Position numbers and translations under genes: made by a program. Below are positions 1 to 9,002 of a DNA stretch of 64,000 bases, piece after piece (the stretch's first letter is position 1; every line of letters starts with the position of its first letter). Source of the stretch: a virus; the IMG/VR virus record IMGVR_UViG_3300042691_053984, positions 1-64,000 of that record. One strand, given 5' to 3'. The notes under the pieces are model-generated. The model was not told the origin of the DNA. It worked only from the letters and a program-made list of their open reading frames with translations, and searched no databases.

Positions 1-209
1 TCGACGTGTGCGCGCTGCTGCCCCGGATCGACGGCGTGTTCTCGCTGGCTGGGCGCGTCCACTACTACCCGGAGGTGCCGCCTGAAGGCAGCGGCTGGGA
101 ACCCGTGCTCCTCGCACGCAGGTCGACGTCCCGACGGGACCAGGGCGTGGACGGCGTCAGGCTCGGGGTCTTTCCCCGGGCAGGACGACGGGCGCGCGTC
201 CTTCCCTGA
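1..209 (+). CDS. hypothetical protein, probably the 3' end of a gene entering from the left edge
   Basis: Open frame from the window edge to TGA at 207-209, converging on the paralog array; no recognisable motif. Confidence 0.4.
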   Translation, partial: DVCALLPRIDGVFSLAGRVHYYPEVPPEGSGWEPVLLARRSTSRRDQGVDGVRLGVFPRAGRRARVLP

Positions 210-236
210 ACCGACGATTGGGGCACCACCGCGGGA

Positions 237-950
237 TCACCCGTGATAGTGCCTGCTCCAGAACTCGTTGCGTGCCACGGAGGAGATGAGGTCCTTCACC
301 TCGTTCCTCACGTTGGGGATGTCAGACAGCTCCTTCATCGTCGCCTCGTGCTGCGCCTCCAGGTACCGGAGCATGTCCCTCTCCCAACCCTCTGCCTCGT
401 ATGCGTAGTTGAGGTGTTCCTTGTGTTCATCATGGAATACGCTGCAGTCGTCCTCTTTCGGCGGCGTCTGCGGTGACAACTCGTCGTCAAACTTGTGACG
501 TTTTCGCCCGCTGTCGGCCACCTTCTTCCACGCCTGCCGCGCGCTTCCTGACACAGACCCCCTGTCCGACGTGAGGAGACCGTTCTTCGACAGGGCGTAA
601 CCCATACCGTACACCTCCTTGCCGAAACCTGGGCCCACCGAAAACGCGACGATGTCAGCGCCGTGACACTTGGTCTGGTTCCAGACCGCGATGTACCCCT
701 TCACTATCCTGTTGACGGCCACGACCGTCATCTCTTGACGGTACGCGAGGGGCTTCATCTCGTGCGGAACGTCGATGAACTCATCCCCGTAGCGCAGGTA
801 GTCGATCAGCGCGTTCGTGTCGTACAGGTACGCCCTCTTCATTTCCCCGTCCCGGACGACGAGCGCACCCAGGCCCGTGACCTTGCCGAGGGCGGACTCC
901 TCCTCCGACAACAACCTCCTCATCACCCTCTCGTATATCGTGGTTCTCAT
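237..950 (-). CDS. array paralog 1 (type A), putative GNAT-like fold
   Basis: ATG at 950 with AAGGGGAG SD; motifs GPGFGKEVYGMGYALS, LTSDRGSVS..ARQAW, DD..TP..DDC, YAYEAEGWE shared with the five neighbours. Confidence 0.8.
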   Translation of the reverse strand: MRTTIYERVMRRLLSEEESALGKVTGLGALVVRDGEMKRAYLYDTNALIDYLRYGDEFIDVPHEMKPLAYRQEMTVVAVNRIVKGYIAVWNQTKCHGADIVAFSVGPGFGKEVYGMGYALSKNGLLTSDRGSVSGSARQAWKKVADSGRKRHKFDDELSPQTPPKEDDCSVFHDEHKEHLNYAYEAEGWERDMLRYLEAQHEATMKELSDIPNVRNEVKDLISSVARNEFWSRHYHG

Positions 951-969
951 CGTCACTCCCCTTGCCCCG

Positions 970-1734
970 TCAATCGTTGTCTTCACCGGGGTACTCATTT
1001 TCCCACAGTTCCTGGGCCGCCTCTTTCAATAATCTGTGCAGCACCCGGGTCACGAAGGGATCGTTCGTGGCCGCGCTCAGCTCCGCCACGAAGGTCTCGT
1101 GTGACGAGGAGAGCCACCGCAGCTCCCCCGCCTCCCAACCTTGGGACTCGTAGGCGTGCTGCAGCTGTGGGTTCTTCTCCGGTGGCGTCTCCCCGGAACC
1201 CACGTACAGCTTGCAGTCGTCGCCCGGGAAGTCAGGCGTCCTGCGCTGTTCCTTGGGCAGTGAGACGTCGTCGAACTCCTTCGACCGTCGTTTCTTGCCG
1301 CTGAATATTCGCATCCACGCCCTCTTCGCCGGGAGAGACACGGAGGACCGGTCTGACATCAGGATTCCCTCGTCTGACATGGCGTAACCCAGGCCGTAGA
1401 TGGTGCGTGCGTTCTCGGCCGCGTCGACCCTCTGCTGCGCGACCGCCATCTTCACCTCCCAAGCTCCCCAGCACGGGTTCTTGGGGGCCACGATGACGAT
1501 CTTCCCCCGGATGGCCTCCCGCGCCGCCCGAGCCCCGACGTTCGGGTTCCACGAGGCCCCAACCCGTTGTTCGCTGTACAGGTCGTCGAAAATGGGTCGC
1601 AGCGCCACCGTGTCGTACAGGATGGCGATCCGGTCGAACGAGGAGCTCTCGTACACCCACGCCGCGAGGCGCGCTGCGCCCCCCGACTCCCGAAGCAACC
1701 TTCGGCACACCCTCTCGTATATCGTGTCAGTCAT
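970..1734 (-). CDS. array paralog 2 (type B), putative GNAT-like fold
   Basis: ATG at 1734 overlaps upstream stop (ATGACTGA); PCWGAWEV, YGLGYAMS, MSDRSSVS, TPDFPGDDC, NPQLQHAYESQGWE. Confidence 0.8.
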   Translation of the reverse strand: MTDTIYERVCRRLLRESGGAARLAAWVYESSSFDRIAILYDTVALRPIFDDLYSEQRVGASWNPNVGARAAREAIRGKIVIVAPKNPCWGAWEVKMAVAQQRVDAAENARTIYGLGYAMSDEGILMSDRSSVSLPAKRAWMRIFSGKKRRSKEFDDVSLPKEQRRTPDFPGDDCKLYVGSGETPPEKNPQLQHAYESQGWEAGELRWLSSSHETFVAELSAATNDPFVTRVLHRLLKEAAQELWENEYPGEDND

Positions 1735-2560
1735 TGTCGCTCCCCGGATAGTGATGTCCAAAAAATGGGGGGAGGCTGTACCTTAGGTATTTCTCCAGCG
1801 CCCTTGGCAGCCTCTTGTCCTCCCTTGCCAGTTCATTGCTGAACGCATCGTGAGACGCGACGAGGTAGTTGAGCATTCCCTTCTCCCAACCCATCGACAT
1901 GTAGGCGTTCTGGAGAGCTGGGTTCTTGTCTGGTTCGGTCTTCCCCGACTTTCCCCTGTACAGATCACAGTCGTCCTTCGGCTCCGGCGTCTTCGGGTTT
2001 CTTGCGTCGTCGAAGGGCAGAGCCTGCCTCTCGCCTTTCTCACGCACCCGGGCCCACGCCGCCTTCGCGGGCCTGCTCGCAGAGATCCTGTCCGACATGA
2101 CGATTCCACTGGGTGACATTGCGTAGGCAAGACCGTACACCGTCCGCGCCATGTCAGCACCTCCCGGTGCCGCGGAACCCACGACCTCCCAGGCACCCCA
2201 ACACGGCTGGTCGGAGGCCTTGATCTGTATTATTCCTCGCACCGCGTCCTCCACCGCCTTGTTGCTCAGCTCTGCCTTTACGTCCACCGCTTCGTCACGG
2301 GTGCGCTGCGACGCTGCGTCAGTGCCCCACGCGGTGTTGTACCTGTCGTCGTGTTCCTTGAACTTGCGCAGTGATTTCATCACATCATCCGGTGAGTACA
2401 GGATCGCCGACTTCAACTGTCCTCCGGCCCCATCGAAGCACAGCGCCGCGAGCGGCAACAGGGCCCTCAGGTGTGAGGTGTGCTTCATGTCATCCTGCGT
2501 GTGCACGTCAGCCTCACACAGGATCCTCTCGTAGATCCTCTCGTAGATTCTTTCAATCAT
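1727..2560 (-). CDS. array paralog 3 (type B), putative GNAT-like fold
   Basis: Start MIERIYERIYERILCE overlaps upstream stop (ATGATTGA); PCWGAWEV, YGLAYAMS, MSDR, DDC, GWE. Confidence 0.8.
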   Translation of the reverse strand: MIERIYERIYERILCEADVHTQDDMKHTSHLRALLPLAALCFDGAGGQLKSAILYSPDDVMKSLRKFKEHDDRYNTAWGTDAASQRTRDEAVDVKAELSNKAVEDAVRGIIQIKASDQPCWGAWEVVGSAAPGGADMARTVYGLAYAMSPSGIVMSDRISASRPAKAAWARVREKGERQALPFDDARNPKTPEPKDDCDLYRGKSGKTEPDKNPALQNAYMSMGWEKGMLNYLVASHDAFSNELAREDKRLPRALEKYLRYSLPPFFGHHYPGSDND

Positions 2561-3314
2561 TGTCCGGTCCTTCGTAGTGTTTGCTGAAGAATTCCGACTC
2601 CGCGAACGACAGGAGTCGCATTGCCGCCTTCGTGGCGGCCGATCCGAACTCCTCTTCCACCTCGTCCATGAACATCTCGTGCATCGCAACGAGGTCATGA
2701 AGCCTGTCCTTCTCCCACCCCTGGGACTTGTATGCGTATTGCAGGTGTGGGTTCTTCTCCGGTGGTGTCAGTTTCGAGGTTCCCCTGTACAACTTGCAGT
2801 CGTCCCCCGGGAAGTCAGGGGTTCGCCGCTTGTCAACGGGCAAGGAGACGTCATCGAGTTCCAACCGCTGCCTCTTGTTTCCGGCGTACACACGCTCCCA
2901 CGCCGCCTTCGCCTTCTTGCTCATCGAGCCCCTGTCCGACATCAAGACGCCTCCGTCAGACAGGGCGTAACCCAACCCATAGGTGATCCTTGCGATGTCC
3001 GGACCTCCCGGGGCAGCAGCCGCGGTGACCTTCCAGGCCCCCCAACACGGGTTGCGGGGCGGGGCAACGTTGATGATTCCCTTCACCGCAGTGTCGGCCG
3101 TGAGCTTGTGAAGCTTCTCCCTCAACGTGTAGTTGTCAAGATCGTACTTCTGCGCTGATCCCGTGTACTCTGCGATGTGATCCAGCAGTTCCTGCGGGTT
3201 GTAGATGACGGCACGCCGTTCTCCGAATTCCTCCCTGACGTACGCCGCGAGCCGTGAGGTGTCGTCCATCGACTCCCTGAGAAGTCGCTTGTAGATGTTC
3301 TCCAGTAGCTTCAT
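2553..3314 (-). CDS. array paralog 4 (type B), putative GNAT-like fold
   Basis: Start MKLLENIYKRLLRES just after upstream TGA; PCWGAWKV, YGLGYALS, MSDR, TPDFPGDDC, GWE. Confidence 0.8.
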   Translation of the reverse strand: MKLLENIYKRLLRESMDDTSRLAAYVREEFGERRAVIYNPQELLDHIAEYTGSAQKYDLDNYTLREKLHKLTADTAVKGIINVAPPRNPCWGAWKVTAAAAPGGPDIARITYGLGYALSDGGVLMSDRGSMSKKAKAAWERVYAGNKRQRLELDDVSLPVDKRRTPDFPGDDCKLYRGTSKLTPPEKNPHLQYAYKSQGWEKDRLHDLVAMHEMFMDEVEEEFGSAATKAAMRLLSFAESEFFSKHYEGPDND

Positions 3315-3315
3315 A

Positions 3316-4044
3316 TCACCTCTTCCAGTAGTGCTTCTGCCAGAATTCACCGATCGCCACGGAGGCGATGAGCCCCTCAACCTCTCTTCTGGCGTTGGGG
3401 ATGTCAGACAACTCTTCCATCGTCGCCTCGTGCTGCGCCTCCAGGTACCGGAGCAGTCCCTTTTCCCAGCCTTCTGCCTCGTACGCGTAGTTCAGGTGTT
3501 CCTTCTCTGGGTCGTTGTGCACTTTGCAATCGTCGTCAGTGGGCGGGGTCACCTTCAATTTCCAGTCGTCGAACTTGTGCCTCTTTCGACCCTTTTCAGC
3601 GACGTTCCTCCACGATGCAGTCGCCTCGCCAGACACGGTGGTCCTATCAGGAGCTAGCAGTCCGTTTGGTGACATGGCGTAACCAAGACCGTATATCTCC
3701 TTGCCGAAACCTGGACCCGCTGCGAGGGACACAACGGCCGCGTCGTAGCAGGGGCCTGTGTCTTCGCCGGGCGTCTTTATCTCGATGAATCCCTTCAAGA
3801 TCCTCTCTTTGGCGACTTTTCTTGTCTCTGACCTGTACGAGAGCTCTCTTCCCTCGAAGCCGTGGGGCGAGTCGATGAACTCGTCTCCGTAAAGTAAGTA
3901 GTCGATCAGTAAATTGGTGTCGTAGACGTATGCCGTCGTGAACTCGCTCTCCCGCCGCACGAAAGCCCCCAATCCAGCTGCGTTGGAGATCGCATATTCC
4001 TCCAACAACCTTGTCATGACCCTTTCTATCAGAGTTTTTCTCAT
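3316..4044 (-). CDS. array paralog 5 (type A), putative GNAT-like fold
   Basis: Start MRKTLIERVMTRLLEE; GPGFGKEIYGLGYAMS, PDR, DDC, EHLNYAYEAEGWE; closely matches paralog 1. Confidence 0.8.
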   Translation of the reverse strand: MRKTLIERVMTRLLEEYAISNAAGLGAFVRRESEFTTAYVYDTNLLIDYLLYGDEFIDSPHGFEGRELSYRSETRKVAKERILKGFIEIKTPGEDTGPCYDAAVVSLAAGPGFGKEIYGLGYAMSPNGLLAPDRTTVSGEATASWRNVAEKGRKRHKFDDWKLKVTPPTDDDCKVHNDPEKEHLNYAYEAEGWEKGLLRYLEAQHEATMEELSDIPNARREVEGLIASVAIGEFWQKHYWKR

Positions 4045-4058
4045 GTGTCCTGCCCTTG

Positions 4059-4826
4059 TCACAAATCCGAAGGTCCGAGGGACATGTCATTGAAGTGGAC
4101 GTCCCAGTAGTGATCTGTCATGTTGGATAACAACTCGTGAATCTCTTCACGGGCATCCTCACCGAATTCTTCCCCCACTGCGTCCCTAAATTTCGAGTGA
4201 TTTTTCCGCACCTGGCCCTCAAATGCGTCTTCCCAGCCTTGGGATTCATACGCATACTGTAGCTGTGGGTTGTCGTTCGGGGCCTCAGACCCATCCTTTC
4301 CACGAAATAGCTGGCAATCGTCGTCGGGAAAGCCCGGCGTCTGTCGTTGTTCCTCCGGTACAGAGACGTCGTCAAGCGGACGAGTTTTCCTCTTCTTGCC
4401 CTTGAAGATATTCATCCACGCGCCACGCGCCTTGTCCGAGACAGAGGTTCGATCTGAGGTGAGCGTTCCGACACTTGACATGGCGTACCCAAGTCCGTAC
4501 GTAGACTTCGCGTCATCACCTGACGCTATGGCCTTCACCTCCCACGCACCCCAACACGGATCCTTGTGAGGTTCGGCCCATATGTACCCCTTGATCACCT
4601 CATCCACGAAGAATGAGACCGTGTTGAACGATTTGTCTTCCCATTCCTGCGGGTCCATTTCCCTCATCCTGAGGAATTCCATGTAAGCGTTCGTGCTGTA
4701 CAGGATTGCGTCTAGGCCTTGCCCATGCCTATAGACGTAGGCGGCACGCCCATTTGCGGTGGGTTCATTAGAGGCCTCGCGAAGGAGCCTTTTCAACACT
4801 TTCAACTTGATGACGTCTCGTCGCAC
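4059..4826 (-). CDS. array paralog 6 (type B), putative GNAT-like fold
   Basis: Likely GTG start at 4826 behind AAGGAAGG; KRLLREAS, PCWGAWEV, YGLGYAMS, TSDRTSVS, TPGFPDDDC, YAYESQGWE. Confidence 0.75.
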   Translation of the reverse strand: MRRDVIKLKVLKRLLREASNEPTANGRAAYVYRHGQGLDAILYSTNAYMEFLRMREMDPQEWEDKSFNTVSFFVDEVIKGYIWAEPHKDPCWGAWEVKAIASGDDAKSTYGLGYAMSSVGTLTSDRTSVSDKARGAWMNIFKGKKRKTRPLDDVSVPEEQRQTPGFPDDDCQLFRGKDGSEAPNDNPQLQYAYESQGWEDAFEGQVRKNHSKFRDAVGEEFGEDAREEIHELLSNMTDHYWDVHFNDMSLGPSDL

Positions 4827-4847
4827 TCTGGCATCCTTCCTTTGGCT

Positions 4848-4877
4848 GTGAAACAACGCAATTCTATGTGATATATA
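4848..4877 (+). promoter_or_regulatory. putative promoter, GTGWAM-N17-TA-rich class
   Basis: GTGAAAC-17 nt-TATATA upstream of the gene at 4912; same layout recurs at 6042, 12198, 12808, 27177, 30482. Confidence 0.45.
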
Positions 4878-4911
4878 TACACCCCAACTTGAATACGAAG
4901 GAGTCGTCAAG

Positions 4912-5616
4912 ATGCGTAGTAATAAAATTATAAGTTTCATCGTGACCCTTACGGCGTTCCTCCTCCTTGGAACGGCCGCCGACGTGATGGCACGTCCACC
5001 CGCAAAGCCTTCAAGGATCGTGCTTGGTAGCCCTCCGCCTAATTGGGTGCCCGAGGGTCCGGGATGGTTCGTGGTACCGTCTCGGGACGAGCTGTTGTCA
5101 TTCCCCGCATCCAGTGGAGAGTGGCGTACGGTGTATTCTTGGATCGACGGTTGCGTCGAGATCGGACGTGTGAAGTACTCCATGGTGGACCAACTTGACG
5201 TTCTTGCCGTCCTCAGGTTGGAGGATTACCTCGGCGTTCCGTGGGAGGCGCGTGGAATCCTTGCATCGGTGTGGTGCATGGAGGCGAGCATGCTAAAGAC
5301 CGGTCGAGGAGGAGGCCCGGTACGCGGTGACTGGCACAACGGAGTTGCGCGTGCCCACGGTCCTGCACAGCTTTGGCCTTGGTTTCGCAATTGGTGTGGT
5401 CTCGGGCCACGTGGTGCGGATAACCTATTCGGAGCGCTCACTTGTTATTGGTCTCGAATGGTAGACAGGTTTCATCACAGAAATGCTTCGCGCTGTGGCC
5501 ACCCGTGGCGGGTCGCCGAGGCGCTCGCGGCAAATGGTCCCAGGTATCTCAATGCAGGGTGCGACGCAGAATCCAGTCACTGGAGGCAGATGTTGCGATG
5601 GCAGCGTAATATATAA
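4912..5616 (+). CDS. secreted lytic transglycosylase (SLT/lysozyme-like) protein
   Basis: N-terminal signal/anchor (IISFIVTLTAFLLLGTAA); ILASVWCMEAS (catalytic Glu position) and AHGPAQL (G-x-x-Q motif). Confidence 0.55.
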   Translation: MRSNKIISFIVTLTAFLLLGTAADVMARPPAKPSRIVLGSPPPNWVPEGPGWFVVPSRDELLSFPASSGEWRTVYSWIDGCVEIGRVKYSMVDQLDVLAVLRLEDYLGVPWEARGILASVWCMEASMLKTGRGGGPVRGDWHNGVARAHGPAQLWPWFRNWCGLGPRGADNLFGALTCYWSRMVDRFHHRNASRCGHPWRVAEALAANGPRYLNAGCDAESSHWRQMLRWQRNI

Positions 5617-5619
5617 GGC

Positions 5620-6036
5620 ATGAATAAAAAAGACGAGGTCGCGCTGACGAGGATGGTCCGCTCCGTAGAGGAATGGCTTCACCTCTCAGCGTTGCCGCGT
5701 TTTTGGTACCCAGAGCTGGTTGCCGAGGAGCTTTCTGGACACATCTGGCGGGGTCGTTGGTGGGATTGGCTTCCTTCTTGGGCCCAGTCACTACGGGAAT
5801 TTGCGGAAGAAGTTGATATCGTCGCCGGGGCGATGAAGGTTGACAGGGTCGAACTCGCGAGGAGCCTCGTTTCCGCGAGCAATGACGCCAACAGTAACGG
5901 GATTTTTTCCGTCCTTTACGAGACGACTCATCCGGTGCCAAACTGGTTGGTCGTCTTGCTCGTCAAGGAGTGGATATTTTACGAACTTCGTCCCGAACTG
6001 AGGTTCGTAATGCAGAGGTACTTAGATCCTGCATAA
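5620..6036 (+). CDS. hypothetical protein
   Basis: 138 aa ORF directly downstream of the SLT-like gene. Confidence 0.7.
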   Translation: MNKKDEVALTRMVRSVEEWLHLSALPRFWYPELVAEELSGHIWRGRWWDWLPSWAQSLREFAEEVDIVAGAMKVDRVELARSLVSASNDANSNGIFSVLYETTHPVPNWLVVLLVKEWIFYELRPELRFVMQRYLDPA

Positions 6037-6041
6037 ATCAT

Positions 6042-6071
6042 GTGTAAACTGCAGGGGTCTCGTTTTATAGT
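6042..6071 (+). promoter_or_regulatory. putative promoter
   Basis: GTGTAAA-17 nt-TATAGT, 6 nt before the ATG at 6078 (leaderless or short leader). Confidence 0.55.
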
Positions 6072-6077
6072 TTCTAC

Positions 6078-7058
6078 ATGACAGAAACACAACACTGCGT
6101 TGCCACGTTCGATAACCTGTACCTCGTACCAGGTCACAGTGACATTGAAAGCAGGCACGACATCGATTTGACGCCAAATTCCACGGACGTAGCAGTATTC
6201 CAGAACCCGATCATCGCAGCCCCAATGGACACGGTGGTTAACTCTGAGGTCGCAAGCATCATGAGGGAGTTGGGCGGTTCTGCCGTGCTTCATCGGTACG
6301 CGAGCATCGAGGCCCAGCGCGATGAATTCCTCGGAGTTCCTGATGGATATCAGCACGGCGTTTTTTGCGCGGTGGGTGCGGCGGGAGATTGGTGGGAGAG
6401 GTTCCAGGAGTTGTACGCGGCGGGCTGTCGATATTTTTGCGTCGACGTCGCCCACGGTTTCCACAAGCAGGTCGGTCTCGCGCTGGCGCGCATGTCGACT
6501 GAGAAGAGTGACGTTCACCTGATGGCGGGAAACGTGGCCGACCTGAATGGATTTGACTTCCTAGTGAATCACGGTGCGCAATACGTCCGTGTCGGAGTCG
6601 CCGGCGGGTCCGTGTGTGAGACAAGGAACAAGACGGGATTTGGTCTTCCGACCCTCGAATCTGTCGTCCGCTGCGCGCGGTCGACAACTGACGGCATCAT
6701 CGTCGCCGACGGCGGAATTCGTGACAGCGGGGACATCGTCAAGGCGCTTGCCTGTGGCGCCGACATGGTGATGCTTGGGTCCATGCTGGCGGCCCACAGA
6801 GAGTCACCTGGGGATCTTGTAGAAAAAGATGGTGTAACCTATAAGGTTTTTCGTGGTATGGCATCGGAAGGGGCCCAGAAAGACTGGAGAGGTTGGGTTT
6901 CGGTCGCTGAGGGACGTGAGACTCTTGTTCCCCTGAAGGACCGTCCTCTTCGAAAGACCGTGGACACCATTCTGCGAGGCGTCAAGAGTGGATTGTCTTA
7001 CGCCGGTTGTCGATCGTTGATTGGGTTCCCGGAACGATGTCACAAAGTTTTTGCCTAA
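6078..7058 (+). CDS. IMP dehydrogenase / GMP reductase family, CBS-less
   Basis: PIIAAPMDTV, VDVAHG, GNVA, VGVAGGSVCETR (catalytic Cys loop), ADGGIR..GDIVKALACGADMVMLGSMLA, FRGMAS. Confidence 0.92.
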   Translation: MTETQHCVATFDNLYLVPGHSDIESRHDIDLTPNSTDVAVFQNPIIAAPMDTVVNSEVASIMRELGGSAVLHRYASIEAQRDEFLGVPDGYQHGVFCAVGAAGDWWERFQELYAAGCRYFCVDVAHGFHKQVGLALARMSTEKSDVHLMAGNVADLNGFDFLVNHGAQYVRVGVAGGSVCETRNKTGFGLPTLESVVRCARSTTDGIIVADGGIRDSGDIVKALACGADMVMLGSMLAAHRESPGDLVEKDGVTYKVFRGMASEGAQKDWRGWVSVAEGRETLVPLKDRPLRKTVDTILRGVKSGLSYAGCRSLIGFPERCHKVFA

Positions 7059-7069
7059 AAGGAGTTGTT

Positions 7070-7474
7070 ATGTTGGAAGATCTTTCACAGAAACTCAGGA
7101 TCACACGCTCATGGCGTTGGATGCCCGGTATGCTTACCCTTGCCGGTGACAGAATAAAGACGGTCTCCGAGGATGGATCTGTCACCCTTGACAGGGGATA
7201 CGTTTCACTTGATTTGTCAAACAGTTGGTGTGTCATGTATCCAAGGCTTGACATGGGAGACAAACCCGACCCAAGAGATCCTGCCACAATCGGTTGCATG
7301 ATTGAGGTCCTACAGAGGGCAACGGGTTGTGTTGTGTCGCTCTTGTTCAACGCTGCGGCTCAAACGTGGTTGCTGCGGTTCTTTTCACAACAAGACGTCA
7401 ACCAGCGTGAAGTCGAAGGACCCACAGTGGGGGATGTTTTCTTGGCCGCGTTTGAGTCGTTAGAGACAAGCTGA
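7070..7474 (+). CDS. hypothetical protein
   Basis: AAGGAG SD then ATG at 7070. Confidence 0.7.
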   Translation: MLEDLSQKLRITRSWRWMPGMLTLAGDRIKTVSEDGSVTLDRGYVSLDLSNSWCVMYPRLDMGDKPDPRDPATIGCMIEVLQRATGCVVSLLFNAAAQTWLLRFFSQQDVNQREVEGPTVGDVFLAAFESLETS

Positions 7475-7519
7475 AGATTTTGGAGAAAATTCCACCTCGT
7501 CTCCATAACTAAACGTGAG

Positions 7520-7897
7520 GTGATTATGAACAACTATGTGAATTTTTCAGCTACGTACGAAGATTCTTGTGCTGAGGTGCTTGAACAACTCAATCACATA
7601 TACTCTGACGAACTCAAAGCTCAATTTTTGGGCCTTGAAGTGGAGCTCAAACGTCCTCCAAAGAGGATTGATGATGAAACTAGGCACGTTTCAGGAATCA
7701 TAGTAGACATTAATCTGTGGATGTCACGACCCAGGTTGGAAGTTCCACTCCTGATGTGTACCTTTGAGGTCAAGGGTCAAGACCAATTTGGTGATCTTTT
7801 TCATGAATTAGTGAAAGAGAGCGACTTGATAACCAAATTACCTTGGAAGAAAATTGCGCAACCTACGAAACATGAACTTGACATATCTTTTACATAA
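7520..7897 (+). CDS. hypothetical protein
   Basis: 125 aa ORF with GAGG SD. Confidence 0.7.
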   Translation: MIMNNYVNFSATYEDSCAEVLEQLNHIYSDELKAQFLGLEVELKRPPKRIDDETRHVSGIIVDINLWMSRPRLEVPLLMCTFEVKGQDQFGDLFHELVKESDLITKLPWKKIAQPTKHELDISFT

Positions 7898-7979
7898 TTT
7901 GATCACTTTTTTCTCGCGGCATGAACTGTGTGTGCCCATGTTTTTTATTCAAAGCGTCACGAACTAAAAAGGAGTTTTT

Positions 7980-8153
7980 ATGAAAAATATGAATAACTTT
8001 AGCACAAAGACCATCAATCTGAATTCTTCGTACTGGAAGTACGACAGTGATGATACGACACCTGTCATCTCTCGTGGAGAGAGGATCGTTGCATTTCGGG
8101 ATTCGTCCTCACGAGACGTATGCGTCAAGTTCCTCTTGAGGTCGCATGATTGA
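7980..8153 (+). CDS. small hypothetical protein (57 aa, not in supplied track)
   Basis: AAGGAG SD, MKNMNNFSTKTINLNSSYWKY...; stop overlaps next start (ATGATTGA). Confidence 0.6.
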   Translation: MKNMNNFSTKTINLNSSYWKYDSDDTTPVISRGERIVAFRDSSSRDVCVKFLLRSHD

Positions 8154-8346
8154 GGTCACAAATGTCATCCGCGCATTTCCAGAGACAAACGAAGGAACCT
8201 CTGGAATAAATTCGATCATGGTGAAAAGTCACTGGAACGATCCTACCAAGATAGTCATACTCGTGGAAGGTTGTTCCATCACTGTTCAATCATCTGACTT
8301 GATTGCTGCGATACACAACTCAGCAAACACCGCAAGATTTGTGTGA
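8146..8346 (+). CDS. small hypothetical protein
   Basis: 66 aa ORF coupled to the upstream ORF. Confidence 0.6.
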   Translation: MIEVTNVIRAFPETNEGTSGINSIMVKSHWNDPTKIVILVEGCSITVQSSDLIAAIHNSANTARFV

Positions 8347-8411
8347 AAAACTTTTCTCTTTTTGTTACCATCTAAACATCCGGTTGAATTTCCGGACCAC
8401 TTCAAGGAGAT

Positions 8412-8948
8412 TTGAAATTGAGCGACGTCAGCGTTAACATCGGTAAGATTGAGGAAGTGATTGCTGCGGCAAAGGCCCGTAAGGCAGAGCGTGAAGCTGG
8501 GATGGGGGATCCTGTGAAGGAGAAGATTTCCAAGGAGGACCGTTCCGCTCGCAAGGAGCAGATGCTCTCCGAGCGTGAGGCCCGTAAGGCCTCTCGGGCT
8601 GAAAAGCCTGTGAAGCTGAAGGTCAAGAAGACAGCTCCTGACCTCTCTCCTCTCGTTGGGCCGATGGAGGCAACGTATTCTGAGATCACATCTAATTTCA
8701 ATCAGTCACAGATCACATCGCTTGTGCAGCATTTGCAGCGTCACAACCGCCTTCGCTCGGTCGAGATGTCTGCCTCCTCTCCTGTGAAGGAGGGGATGAA
8801 CGTAAAGATTGTCAACGGAGATCCCAAGTTTATTGGAATGACCGGCACGGTGACAGAATCTCGAAGGATCAGGTGTTTTGTGAACGTACCGGGTGCAAAA
8901 AAGCCCGTTTATTGCTTCACAAGTGACGTTGAACCAATCAACGATTAA
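8412..8948 (+). CDS. protein with charged N-terminal helix and C-terminal KOW/SH3-like domain
   Basis: AGGAG SD, TTG start; VKEGMNVKIVNGDPKFIGMTGTV matches the KOW pattern G-x-x-V-x-I-x-x-G-x4-G-x-x-G-x-V. Confidence 0.6.
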   Translation: MKLSDVSVNIGKIEEVIAAAKARKAEREAGMGDPVKEKISKEDRSARKEQMLSEREARKASRAEKPVKLKVKKTAPDLSPLVGPMEATYSEITSNFNQSQITSLVQHLQRHNRLRSVEMSASSPVKEGMNVKIVNGDPKFIGMTGTVTESRRIRCFVNVPGAKKPVYCFTSDVEPIND

Positions 8949-8950
8949 TT

Positions 8951-8975
8951 CACGGGGGTCGCATAGACCCCCGTG
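8951..8975 (+). terminator. stem-loop after the KOW gene (terminator or processing site)
   Basis: CACGGGGGTC-GCATA-GACCCCCGTG, perfect 10 bp stem; no clear U-tract. Confidence 0.45.
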
Positions 8976-9002
8976 ACATATAATTATTCACGTGGAGGTT
9001 GA

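Noticed and set aside
4827-5183. N-terminal extension of the 374 aa ORF (and similar extensions of other array ORFs)
   Set aside because: Overlaps the opposite-strand SLT gene; homology to the paralogs starts only at 4826, where an SD is present.
6078-7058. Intein in IMPDH, a known split-intein host
   Set aside because: The gene is continuous through GSVCETR with no insertion.
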